A stretch of DNA of 38,067 nucleotides, taken from the IMG/VR virus record IMGVR_UViG_3300037310_000065, positions 1-38,067 of that record, one strand, 5' to 3'. Under the pieces are notes generated by a model. The model was not told the DNA's origin. It was given only the letters and a program-made list of their open reading frames with translations, and searched no databases. This document shows, in pieces, positions 7,733 to 15,387 of the stretch. Numbering within the stretch: position 1 is the first letter of the stretch; each line of letters begins with the position of its first letter. A program made the translations under genes and the position numbers. The stretch comes from a virus. Its lineage: Duplodnaviria > Caudoviricetes.

Positions 7733-8698
7733 ATGACACCAACCAGCAACGATTTACACCAATTTTTCTATGACAGCGTCGCATACAGCGATGCGCTTGC
7801 GGCACGCATCAAGCCGAAATTGATGCGCGAACTGAAATCACAACCAACGCGCGGCATGCTCCCCGCGCGAGTACGCCTTTCCATTCAACTTTTGCTCCTG
7901 TTTTGTTTCATGATCGCGTTCGCGCTGGGCGGTTGGTTGCGCCCAGCGCGCGCGGTCTCATGGAGCAGTGACGTAAACGATATTGTTTACGTCACTGCCG
8001 TCGTAGACGGCATGTCAGTTACGTTTCCCGTCAACCAGCAGAGGTGCGAGGCGGGTTCGTTCGCCTTTCGCGTCGATGGAGTTCGGTATCGCGTTCACGG
8101 TTTTGTTGAGACTGGATATATCGACCAGCGCGGACGATTTGTATCGCTGGAATATCGCGTATTTGACCAGTCTAGCGACGTGCTGATTCAGATGCAGTTC
8201 CCGCCTGCGAGCGGGTGGGGGACGAATCCAGAGAACGTCGCGGAGTTTCACGCGCGCTATGCGTTGAATCGACACTACGCGCAAATTTTGCGCGGTGATG
8301 CGTTCGACTTTTGGTGTCACGATGTCATGAGACTGACACCGTCACCGAGCGCAACGTCAACTACCGCGCCGAGTGCGACTGCAACATCAACGAACACGCC
8401 AGCGCCTAGCGCGACTATTCGCGCAACGTCAACGATTGCGCCGAGCGTGACTTCTACAAACACGCCACGCGCAACGAACACTGCATCGCCGAGCGCAACC
8501 GCGCGCGTAACAGCGACTAGCACGCCGCCGATTGTTCCGCCCTATCCGCAAACCGCGACGCTTGCGCCGCTTGCGGTGGAGGATACGCCAGCCCCCCCCC
8601 GCAATTTGACGCCGCGCGTGTGGTTGCCGATTGTTATCAATCAAATTCAATTTGCAAATGACTGCGACGTTAGAACGTTGCCAGCCGTTTGCAATTAG
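7733..8698 (+). CDS. Exported/membrane protein with Pro/Thr linker and a VWLPIV C-terminal motif
   Basis: GAGG RBS; TM/signal segment ending in ARA; TATST repeats; RVWLPIV resembles the Chloroflexota xYLPxx motif. Confidence 0.75.
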   Translation: MTPTSNDLHQFFYDSVAYSDALAARIKPKLMRELKSQPTRGMLPARVRLSIQLLLLFCFMIAFALGGWLRPARAVSWSSDVNDIVYVTAVVDGMSVTFPVNQQRCEAGSFAFRVDGVRYRVHGFVETGYIDQRGRFVSLEYRVFDQSSDVLIQMQFPPASGWGTNPENVAEFHARYALNRHYAQILRGDAFDFWCHDVMRLTPSPSATSTTAPSATATSTNTPAPSATIRATSTIAPSVTSTNTPRATNTASPSATARVTATSTPPIVPPYPQTATLAPLAVEDTPAPPRNLTPRVWLPIVINQIQFANDCDVRTLPAVCN

Positions 8699-8711
8699 GA
8701 GAAAACCAGCA

Positions 8712-8912
8712 ATGAATAGCGAATATCTACAAAATCAACTTGACCGAATCATTTACGCGCTCGGATTGAAAAATCCGACGCGCGCGCAGATTGAGGCGGT
8801 GAAATCCGTGCTTGTGTTGGTATGGCATGACGCGCAAAACGAATGTGTTTCTGTTGCTCATGATGGATTCAGCGCGGAGATGTCTCTCAATTACGAGTTG
8901 ACTGTCGGATGA
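8712..8912 (+). CDS. Hypothetical protein
   Basis: AGGAG RBS, ATG 8712. Confidence 0.65.
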   Translation: MNSEYLQNQLDRIIYALGLKNPTRAQIEAVKSVLVLVWHDAQNECVSVAHDGFSAEMSLNYELTVG

Positions 8913-9436
8913 AACGCATCATTTTTGTTTGCTGTTTGTTTTTGTTGGGTTGCGACGCTCGACCAGTGTCGCAGCCACAACCAATCGCGCAGCCGCAACC
9001 GATCGTACAACCGCAACCGCAGGCTGGCGATGTGTTTCTCACGACGCGCAGCGTAGTAAATCTGCGCAGCGTTCCATCGACGGATAGCGTGCCACTCGCG
9101 GAATTGCCGCGCGGCGTTCGGTTGACGCCACTGTTTCAACGTGTAGTAGCTAACTACACGTGGTACAGGGTTGCAGTAGATGGGAGCGAATGGGGCGGAT
9201 GGGTGCGGGCTGATGTCGTTAGCGTGCATGGTGACGCGAGCGCAATTCCGATTGCGAATCCAGATGTGCCTACGTCTGCTCCGCCAGTTCCGCCGATGCC
9301 ACCGACACCGATGCCGTCGCTACCGACACAACCGATTCAACCGACACAGATTCCGCAGACACCGACGCCGACCGCAATTCCGCTCGGCGTCGTGACTACG
9401 GCAGGAATTGTAATTATCGTCACGGCAGCGCCGTAA
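8909..9436 (+). CDS. Lipoprotein with SH3b domain and Pro/Thr-rich tail
   Basis: MKR+hydrophobic+LLGC lipobox; VNLRSVPST...WYRV...GWVRADVV SH3b pattern. Confidence 0.8.
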   Translation: MKRIIFVCCLFLLGCDARPVSQPQPIAQPQPIVQPQPQAGDVFLTTRSVVNLRSVPSTDSVPLAELPRGVRLTPLFQRVVANYTWYRVAVDGSEWGGWVRADVVSVHGDASAIPIANPDVPTSAPPVPPMPPTPMPSLPTQPIQPTQIPQTPTPTAIPLGVVTTAGIVIIVTAAP

Positions 9437-9449
9437 GGAGTTTAAGAAC

Positions 9450-9698
9450 ATGAAAGATAAACGATTGTTTGAGATTATTTCGCGCGAAGTTGCTAATGAA
9501 GTTGGCGCGAATTTCGCGGCTGTTCACATCTCGCGCGAGGCGGGAATGGACGGCGAAAGATATTATTTGTCGCAATCAAGTTTTCGTGATGATGTAGTCC
9601 GCGTATTGAGTGAAATTGCGTCTGCGCATCGTGTGATTGGCAGTGATGTTGTCTTTCGCGTTTTGTCTGACGCGATAACGGAGATCAAGCAATTGTAG
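9450..9698 (+). CDS. Hypothetical protein
   Basis: AAGGAG RBS. Confidence 0.65.
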   Translation: MKDKRLFEIISREVANEVGANFAAVHISREAGMDGERYYLSQSSFRDDVVRVLSEIASAHRVIGSDVVFRVLSDAITEIKQL

Positions 9699-9768
9699 AA
9701 AAAAAAAGAGTGCGGCGCACTAGCGATATGCGCCGCACAGGAGTTAGTTGTTATTACAACCAACCAGC
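9699..9768 (-). ncRNA. Candidate trans-acting antisense small RNA (~70 nt)
   Basis: Own promoter; hairpin GUUGGUUGU-aaua-ACAACUAAC; terminator GUGCGGCGCA-uaucgcuag-UGCGCCGCAC then UC and U9; complementary to several start regions. Confidence 0.75.
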
Positions 9769-9775
9769 GAGCGCG

Positions 9776-9803
9776 ATTATATTATTTTTCGCATCGCTGT
9801 CAA
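9776..9803 (-). promoter_or_regulatory. sigma70-type promoter for the small RNA
   Basis: TTGACA (9803-9798), 16-nt spacer, TATAAT (9781-9776); no credible protein gene before the terminator. Confidence 0.8.
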
Positions 9804-9815
9804 TGGGGGCAAACG

Positions 9816-10100
9816 GTGGAAATTAGCGAAAAATCAATCAAACTTTATTTCGAGATGGTGAAATTCATGGCGAAAAATGGCGTGCCGCCAACAATTCGCG
9901 AACTGAAAACTGCTCTCGGATATAGTAGCGCCAGCACTGTAATTCACCATCTCCACGAATTGAAACGCGCGGGAATGGTAGTTGAGGCTGGCGACGGTCA
10001 TCGTGCGCGCTCTATTTTGCCGCGAATAGTTTTTGCCAAAATCAAAATCGCTTGCGAGCTAGAAAAATTGCGCTACGGCAAGGCGATGGGGTTGGAATGA
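9816..10100 (+). CDS. LexA-type DNA-binding domain protein, no peptidase domain
   Basis: GVPPTIRELKTALGYSSASTVIHHLHELKRAGMV...RARSI is the LexA N-terminal wHTH signature; only 94 aa. Confidence 0.85.
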   Translation: MEISEKSIKLYFEMVKFMAKNGVPPTIRELKTALGYSSASTVIHHLHELKRAGMVVEAGDGHRARSILPRIVFAKIKIACELEKLRYGKAMGLE

Positions 10101-10492
10101 GGCGCAACGCTATCGTCGTCGTCGTCGTCGAGTTTCCGACGCGCGAACTTGGGCAAAACCATCGCGGCAGCTGGCGGACGACGTTTGCCGCAAAACGTGA
10201 CGCGCGGTTTCAGGCAAAAATAGAGGCGCAGAATGTGTTATCACGTTCTACGTTTCGATTTTCTACATCATCGACGTTTCGCGTTCAGTGTGCGATCTAT
10301 GCGCCAAATCGTAGAACAGACGTGATGAACAATTTTTGCGCACTGAAAAACGCGATTGACGGCATCGCGGACGCGCTCTGCGTCAACGACAGCAGGTTTG
10401 TGGATTTTAGATTTTCCCGCGCTGGCATCGACTCAAACAATCCTCGCGTCGAGATTACTGTTTCATCGTTGCAATCTAGTTCTAAATGCTGA
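10097..10492 (+). CDS. rusA: RusA-like Holliday junction resolvase
   Basis: PNRRTDVMNNFCALKNAIDGIADALCVNDSRF...NPRVEITV matches the RusA DxxN...K...D...DD pattern. Confidence 0.8.
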   Translation: MRRNAIVVVVVEFPTRELGQNHRGSWRTTFAAKRDARFQAKIEAQNVLSRSTFRFSTSSTFRVQCAIYAPNRRTDVMNNFCALKNAIDGIADALCVNDSRFVDFRFSRAGIDSNNPRVEITVSSLQSSSKC

Positions 10493-10607
10493 TATTTCGC
10501 AGAGCATTTGTTCTGAGACGACAGAAAATGCAACGTGAGCGGTATGCGCAGCACATACACGCAACTAACCAGCACGTTACGTCACGCTACCGCTCACCGT
10601 TTCAATT

Positions 10608-10868
10608 ATGGTCGCGCAAACACGTAGCGAAAACGGGAAAACTGATGATAGTTCCTCGCGAAAACCGCGTGGGATCAGCGGGTACGACGCGAACTCACGC
10701 CGTTTTTTATTCACGCTGACGCCCGATGGCGTTATAAAATTTTGCGTTGCTGGCAAAACCTATTTGGTTGACATCGACCGTCTGCTCGATTTCCACGAGC
10801 GCGGCGTTTGCTCTGTGCGAATCTCTGCACTACCCGAAATGAAAGCGGATGATTTGAGTGTAGAATAG
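10608..10868 (+). CDS. Hypothetical protein (position typical of a late-gene regulator)
   Basis: Last ORF before the lysis operon; start uncertain. Confidence 0.5.
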   Translation: MVAQTRSENGKTDDSSSRKPRGISGYDANSRRFLFTLTPDGVIKFCVAGKTYLVDIDRLLDFHERGVCSVRISALPEMKADDLSVE

Positions 10869-10898
10869 CCACGCAAAAATAAAACGCTAATGCGCTCA

Positions 10899-10941
10899 AG
10901 CGCGAGGCAACCTCATGTGAGGTCGTCTCGCGTTTTTTTTT
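10899..10941 (+). terminator. Intrinsic terminator/attenuator before the lysis cassette
   Basis: AGCGCGAGGCAACCTCA-tg-TGAGGTCGTCTCGCGTT imperfect stem ending in a T9 run. Confidence 0.75.
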
Positions 10942-10959
10942 ATTCGTTTGGAGGCAAAT

Positions 10960-11343
10960 ATGCAATTTGATTTTTCTCAACTGCTAACCGTCGCTGGATT
11001 AACCAGCGCAGCGAGCGCGCTCATCGCACTCGTGTTTATCCTCGTCCCGCCTGCGCGAGCGCGGTTTGAGGCGCTCGATGGTGAGATTCAGCGCGCGGTG
11101 AACGGCGCGATCATCGTCGTGATTGGTGTAGCTGTATCGGGTGCGTCGTGCGTCGGACTGACGACTGTTGTCGCGTGTACCGCGAACGATCTCGTCTCGT
11201 ACTTCGTGTCGGTCGTGTTTGCGGCTGTCATCGCGCTCGGCGTGACGAAAGCGGAATACGGAATTGCTCAAGCGGTTTACCAACGCCGTGTCCGTGCGCG
11301 CGCAATTGGTGCAGCTCCGAATACGCCGAAATTGCTCGGATAA
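10960..11343 (+). CDS. Putative holin (about 3 TM)
   Basis: GGAGG RBS, three hydrophobic segments, basic C-terminus, upstream of the endolysin. Confidence 0.65.
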   Translation: MQFDFSQLLTVAGLTSAASALIALVFILVPPARARFEALDGEIQRAVNGAIIVVIGVAVSGASCVGLTTVVACTANDLVSYFVSVVFAAVIALGVTKAEYGIAQAVYQRRVRARAIGAAPNTPKLLG

Positions 11344-11350
11344 AAAAAAC

Positions 11351-11560
11351 ATGTCTGACTGGGTCGGGTGGGCGCTGGTAATAGCGAACGCGACGGCAAT
11401 TTTTATTCTCATCGTGCAATCGTTAAACATTCGTGATCTAACGCGCGCAATCGAACACAACACGAGCGCGATAGAACACAACACGGATGTTTCGACGAAC
11501 GCGATTACAGAGATAAAAATCTTGTCAGCGCGGATAACAGCGCAAAACCCAAACGAATGA
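11351..11560 (+). CDS. Small single-TM coiled-coil protein (holin/antiholin-like)
   Basis: N-terminal TM followed by AIEHNT repeats; in the lysis cassette. Confidence 0.6.
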   Translation: MSDWVGWALVIANATAIFILIVQSLNIRDLTRAIEHNTSAIEHNTDVSTNAITEIKILSARITAQNPNE

Positions 11561-11835
11561 GGCGTCGAGGGACTACTAGCGCATCTCCCGCGCCGCCAAC
11601 CAACGCAGATTTCAAAACGCAACATCGTAACCGAATAATCGATGCGCTCCGCGACAAATTTTCGTCGGGGGAAATTGAGGTGCTTGCTGTCTCGCTCGGC
11701 GTGGACGCGGATAGTTTGAGGCGTGAGCCGCGCGATTTGTTTGCGCTCGATCTAGTTACACATTTAGAACATCGCGACAGACTGCACGAACTCAGCGCGA
11801 TGATTCGTTTGCTCAGACCGAATGTAATTCTATGA
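11557..11835 (+). CDS. Standalone effector-associated (EAD7-like, death-fold-like) domain protein
   Basis: FSSGEIEVLAVSLGVDADSL...ALDLVTHLEHRDRLHELSAMIRLLRP resembles the F-xx-E-L...LGVD...L...RGRL..L......RP pattern. Confidence 0.55.
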   Translation: MRRRGTTSASPAPPTNADFKTQHRNRIIDALRDKFSSGEIEVLAVSLGVDADSLRREPRDLFALDLVTHLEHRDRLHELSAMIRLLRPNVIL

Positions 11836-13535
11836 ACCTGCGATTTGACCAACCAGTTGGTAGCGCGTCCGACCGCGAGGGGTTCGCGTGGGGGGGGGGA
11901 TGGTGGGACGCGACGGGGTACGCAAGGTTTTACGACGCGACGGGTCGTGGTGGACGACCAAACGCTTACCATACTGGCGTCGACCTCAACAATGGCGTCG
12001 GACGCGCGGACTACGGGCGTCATGTTTACGCCTGCGCTGACGGCGTTGTCGTGTACGCAGCGCGTGCGACCGTGTGGGGGCTGATTGTGTGCATCGAACA
12101 CACAGACGGCGTCGAGCGTGTGTGGTCGCGCTACGCTCACATGATCGACACGCCAGTTGTCGTCGGTCAGCGTGTCGAGCGCGGCGACCTTGTCGGTCGA
12201 GTCGGAGATGCAGACGGAACACAAGCGTCGCATCTGCATTTTGACATCGCGCGAATTGATTTGTCAAAACATCCGACTGACTGGGCAGGGATGGACAAAG
12301 CGCGTGTTCAGCGTGATTATCTCGATCCGCGATTGTTCATCAATGCTCATCATAGATACACCGCGACGACAACAGCAAAAACACTTGCCGAATTGCGCGT
12401 GCGATCAGCGCCGAAAACTAGCGCAAACATATTATTCACGTTGCCGCGTGACGCATCGGTTGTCATCAATTCGTTTGTTGACGGTGAAAGCGTTGCAGGA
12501 AACACGCGCTGGGCAGCCGTAACCGTTGCGCGCAAAACAGAGTTCGTTGTCGGCGGCGTGTCTGTTCAATCGACAATCGAATCAGTTGGCGACGGTTACT
12601 GCTCCGCGAAATATCTGTTTGTCTCAACGCAGACTCCCCCCCCCCAACCACAACCACAACCACAACAAAACGCGATTGGCGTTCATCCTGCGCTACCCGC
12701 GCTCACGATGAACAAACGAATCGGTCTCCACGTCATGGAACGCATCGAGGAAGCGCGAACCGCGCTCGATCTCGGATGCCGCGCGTTTACGTCGCTGGAT
12801 AACATCGCGGGCGCGCGTGAGATGCGTTCGCGTGGTGCTGCCGTGATCGTTCGTCGTTTCATTCCGCATGGCGTTATTCCCGATCCGCGCGAATTTGCGC
12901 GCGCAATCGGGCTAGGCAGCGATGACACGCTTATTGTGATGGGTGTCAACGAAGCGGACAACATCAGCACAAGCGAAATAGAAAAACGGTTTGAGTGGGA
13001 TCGAGCGTTTGCAGACGAAATTCTACAAATCGCGCCGCGATGTTTCCCCGTGATCGGTTCATGGAGCATGGGGACGCCGCAGATCGAAAACGCAGACGTC
13101 GCAAAACGATTCCGCGACACATACGCCGCATATTTGAACGCGAACAAAAGTCGTGTTGGGCTGAACTATCACAGCTACTCGCGTCGCGTCGATGTAACGT
13201 TACCGCCAGCGAATGTCGCGGTTGATGACGCGCAGTGGTACGAGATGCGATTTCTGCGATTCGCGTACGACAAAAATCTAGGCGGTCTCGACAACGGGGT
13301 CGTTCTCGTCAGCGACGAAAGCGGCGTCGACATCGGCGGGCATGGCGGATTCAAAGGGTGCGGATATGGCACGGACGATTTCCGTCGATGGTGGCAGATA
13401 CGCAAACGGATGTTCGAGGTGTATCCGCAGATGTATGTTTTTAATCTGTTTCAAGCGTCTCCGCGCGCGGACTGGGCAGGGTATGACGTGCGGGGATATT
13501 TTGATGCGCTCGCGGGAATTTGGGGGGGGGCATGA
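11832..13535 (+). CDS. Modular endolysin: M23 peptidase + SH3 + QP linker + glycoside-hydrolase-like domain
   Basis: HTGVDL, YAHM and HLHF (M23 Zn ligands); LRVRSAP (SH3b); PPPQPQPQPQ linker; GVNEAD and SDESG resembling GH-A catalytic glutamates. Confidence 0.85.
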   Translation: MNLRFDQPVGSASDREGFAWGGGWWDATGYARFYDATGRGGRPNAYHTGVDLNNGVGRADYGRHVYACADGVVVYAARATVWGLIVCIEHTDGVERVWSRYAHMIDTPVVVGQRVERGDLVGRVGDADGTQASHLHFDIARIDLSKHPTDWAGMDKARVQRDYLDPRLFINAHHRYTATTTAKTLAELRVRSAPKTSANILFTLPRDASVVINSFVDGESVAGNTRWAAVTVARKTEFVVGGVSVQSTIESVGDGYCSAKYLFVSTQTPPPQPQPQPQQNAIGVHPALPALTMNKRIGLHVMERIEEARTALDLGCRAFTSLDNIAGAREMRSRGAAVIVRRFIPHGVIPDPREFARAIGLGSDDTLIVMGVNEADNISTSEIEKRFEWDRAFADEILQIAPRCFPVIGSWSMGTPQIENADVAKRFRDTYAAYLNANKSRVGLNYHSYSRRVDVTLPPANVAVDDAQWYEMRFLRFAYDKNLGGLDNGVVLVSDESGVDIGGHGGFKGCGYGTDDFRRWWQIRKRMFEVYPQMYVFNLFQASPRADWAGYDVRGYFDALAGIWGGA

Positions 13536-13540
13536 AACGG

Positions 13541-13673
13541 TAGATCGTCTGCAACGTGAGCAGCGCGGCAGCACTATCGCATTCATTCGCTAACGCGATC
13601 TGCGGGTAGGGTGTCGTCCATCCGCAGTGTATCGACTGAATGCCGTCCGCCCGACTCACCGTTGCAGACGCTA
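13541..13673. ncRNA. Long rod-like structured element between endolysin and terS
   Basis: Nested stems 13546-56/13660-70, 13556-60/13655-59, 13579-85/13637-43, 13600-05/13622-27. Confidence 0.5.
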
Positions 13674-13724
13674 CGGTAGATTATACGCCTGTCAAATTAA
13701 ATGTTGACAGCGCGTCAACAAATT

Positions 13725-14120
13725 ATGGCGACGAAAAAACGAACAGGGCTTGCTCCTGCTGATGGCACGCACGGCAACAGCGAAAAAAAGCGACCGCGTG
13801 GCAATCCAAAGAACATCGAAAAATACCAGTGGCAAAAAGGGCAGAGCGGAAATCCGTCAGGGCGTCCGCGCAAGATCGAAACACTGCTACGACAGGCGTT
13901 GATGGCACGCCTTGCGGAGTTGGTCGAGCAAAATGGTGGCGTTAAATCGGTTGCCGAAATACTTGCCATGAAAATCACGAGCGAAGCGGTTGCAGGCAAA
14001 AACGTTGTGCCTGCGTTCAAAGCCATCGCGGATGTGGTTGAACCGCGACGACTAGAGGTTGACACTGACGGACATATCGAGATCGTCTACGTCAACGACT
14101 GGAGAGAGAGCAAGACGTGA
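13725..14120 (+). CDS. terS: Terminase small subunit (probable)
   Basis: WQKGQSGNPSGRP motif; ends in IEIVYVNDW; directly upstream of terL. Confidence 0.75.
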   Translation: MATKKRTGLAPADGTHGNSEKKRPRGNPKNIEKYQWQKGQSGNPSGRPRKIETLLRQALMARLAELVEQNGGVKSVAEILAMKITSEAVAGKNVVPAFKAIADVVEPRRLEVDTDGHIEIVYVNDWRESKT

Positions 14121-15385
14121 TCGTTAGATTACCGATGCCGCACACGGGTCAGCGATTCGTGATGCGCAACCGCAAACGATTTAATCATCTGCGCGCAGGG
14201 CGCAGATGGCGTAAAACGACATGCGTCATGCAGATACTCGTCGAAGAAGCGTTGCGAACACGGCAAAGCTATATGTGGTGCGCGCCAACCTACGATCAAT
14301 CACGAACCGCGATGGACGAGATAAAAAAAGCGCTGCGTAACGTCGCTGAGTTCAACGAGTCGAGAATGAGCGCGACGCTCGCGGGGGGCGGTGCGATCCT
14401 GTTTCGTTCGTTGGACAACTCCGACAACCTGCGTGGCAAAACCGCCGCTGGCGTTGTCATCGACGAGGCAGCAGAAACAGAGGGCGATGCGTGGTACGAG
14501 GTGCTGCGACCGATGCTCATCGACACAAACGGCTGGGCGTGGTTCGTTTACACGCCGAAGGGGCGAAACTGGATTTTCAACGAATGGCAACTTGCGATGA
14601 CGCGAGACGATACCGCGTTATTTCACGCGCCAACGCTCGGCGTCGAGATCGTCGGCGGAACGTTGACACGAAAAACACACGCGCTCGAAAATCCGTTTAT
14701 CGAATTTGCGGAGATCAAACAACTATATGAAACGATGCCAGAGACATCGTTTCGTCAGGAGATTCTCGCGGAGTTTGTCGAGGTCGGCGGGGGAGTCTTT
14801 CGGAACGTCTCTCAATGCGCAACAGCGACGGCGCAATCCGCAGCGTCGCTCAATCACACATACGTCGCGGGCGTTGATTGGGCGCTCACGACCGATTACA
14901 CCGTGTTAACGATCATGGATGCGACAACAAACGAGGTTGTTCACATCGACAGATTTAGCGGCGTCGAATATGCGCTGCAACGGCAACGCATCGCTGCGAC
15001 ATGCGCGCGATTTAACTGCGCAGTCATTGTCGCTGAAGAAAACGCGATGGGAAAGCCGAACAACGACTTTTTGCGGCAACATGGTTTGCCTGTCCGCGAT
15101 TTCACGACGACAAACGCATCTAAATCGACGTTGATCGAAAACCTCGCGGCTGCGTTCGAGCATCGACACATACGAATACTGAATAACGCACATCTGCTCG
15201 GCGAGCTAAGCGCGTACGAGGGTAAGCGACTTGCGGGAGGGGGTGTCCAGTATTCCGCGCCGTCTGGTCTGCATGACGACATGGTCATGTCGCTCGCGCT
15301 CGCGTGGCACGCTGCCGCACGCGGGAACTACGCTCAACTTGACGGAGAGATTATTCGGTCTGTTGCAGCGGGGGGGAGGTTTTAG
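14117..15385 (+). CDS. terL: Terminase large subunit
   Basis: AGRRWRKT Walker A, LRG, VVIDEAA Walker B, TPKGRNW, GVDW and HDD nuclease motifs. Confidence 0.95.
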   Translation: MIVRLPMPHTGQRFVMRNRKRFNHLRAGRRWRKTTCVMQILVEEALRTRQSYMWCAPTYDQSRTAMDEIKKALRNVAEFNESRMSATLAGGGAILFRSLDNSDNLRGKTAAGVVIDEAAETEGDAWYEVLRPMLIDTNGWAWFVYTPKGRNWIFNEWQLAMTRDDTALFHAPTLGVEIVGGTLTRKTHALENPFIEFAEIKQLYETMPETSFRQEILAEFVEVGGGVFRNVSQCATATAQSAASLNHTYVAGVDWALTTDYTVLTIMDATTNEVVHIDRFSGVEYALQRQRIAATCARFNCAVIVAEENAMGKPNNDFLRQHGLPVRDFTTTNASKSTLIENLAAAFEHRHIRILNNAHLLGELSAYEGKRLAGGGVQYSAPSGLHDDMVMSLALAWHAAARGNYAQLDGEIIRSVAAGGRF

Positions 15386-15387
15386 AA

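Noticed and set aside
8335-8530. Degenerate GCCGAGCGC/GCAACGTCAAC repeats
   Set aside because: Explained by the Pro/Thr/Ser linker of ORF 7733
9563-9763. 66-aa minus-strand ORF behind the 9803 promoter
   Set aside because: No RBS, and it runs through a strong terminator with U9; the transcript fits a non-coding RNA better
10486-10719. 77-aa ORF after rusA
   Set aside because: Overlaps ORF 10608 by over 100 nt and has no RBS or motif; cannot be supported, though not excluded
13689-13712. GTCAA...GTTGAC as an IS200/IS605 or HEARO RNA end
   Set aside because: No tnpA, tnpB or iscB nearby, and the rest of that structure is missing
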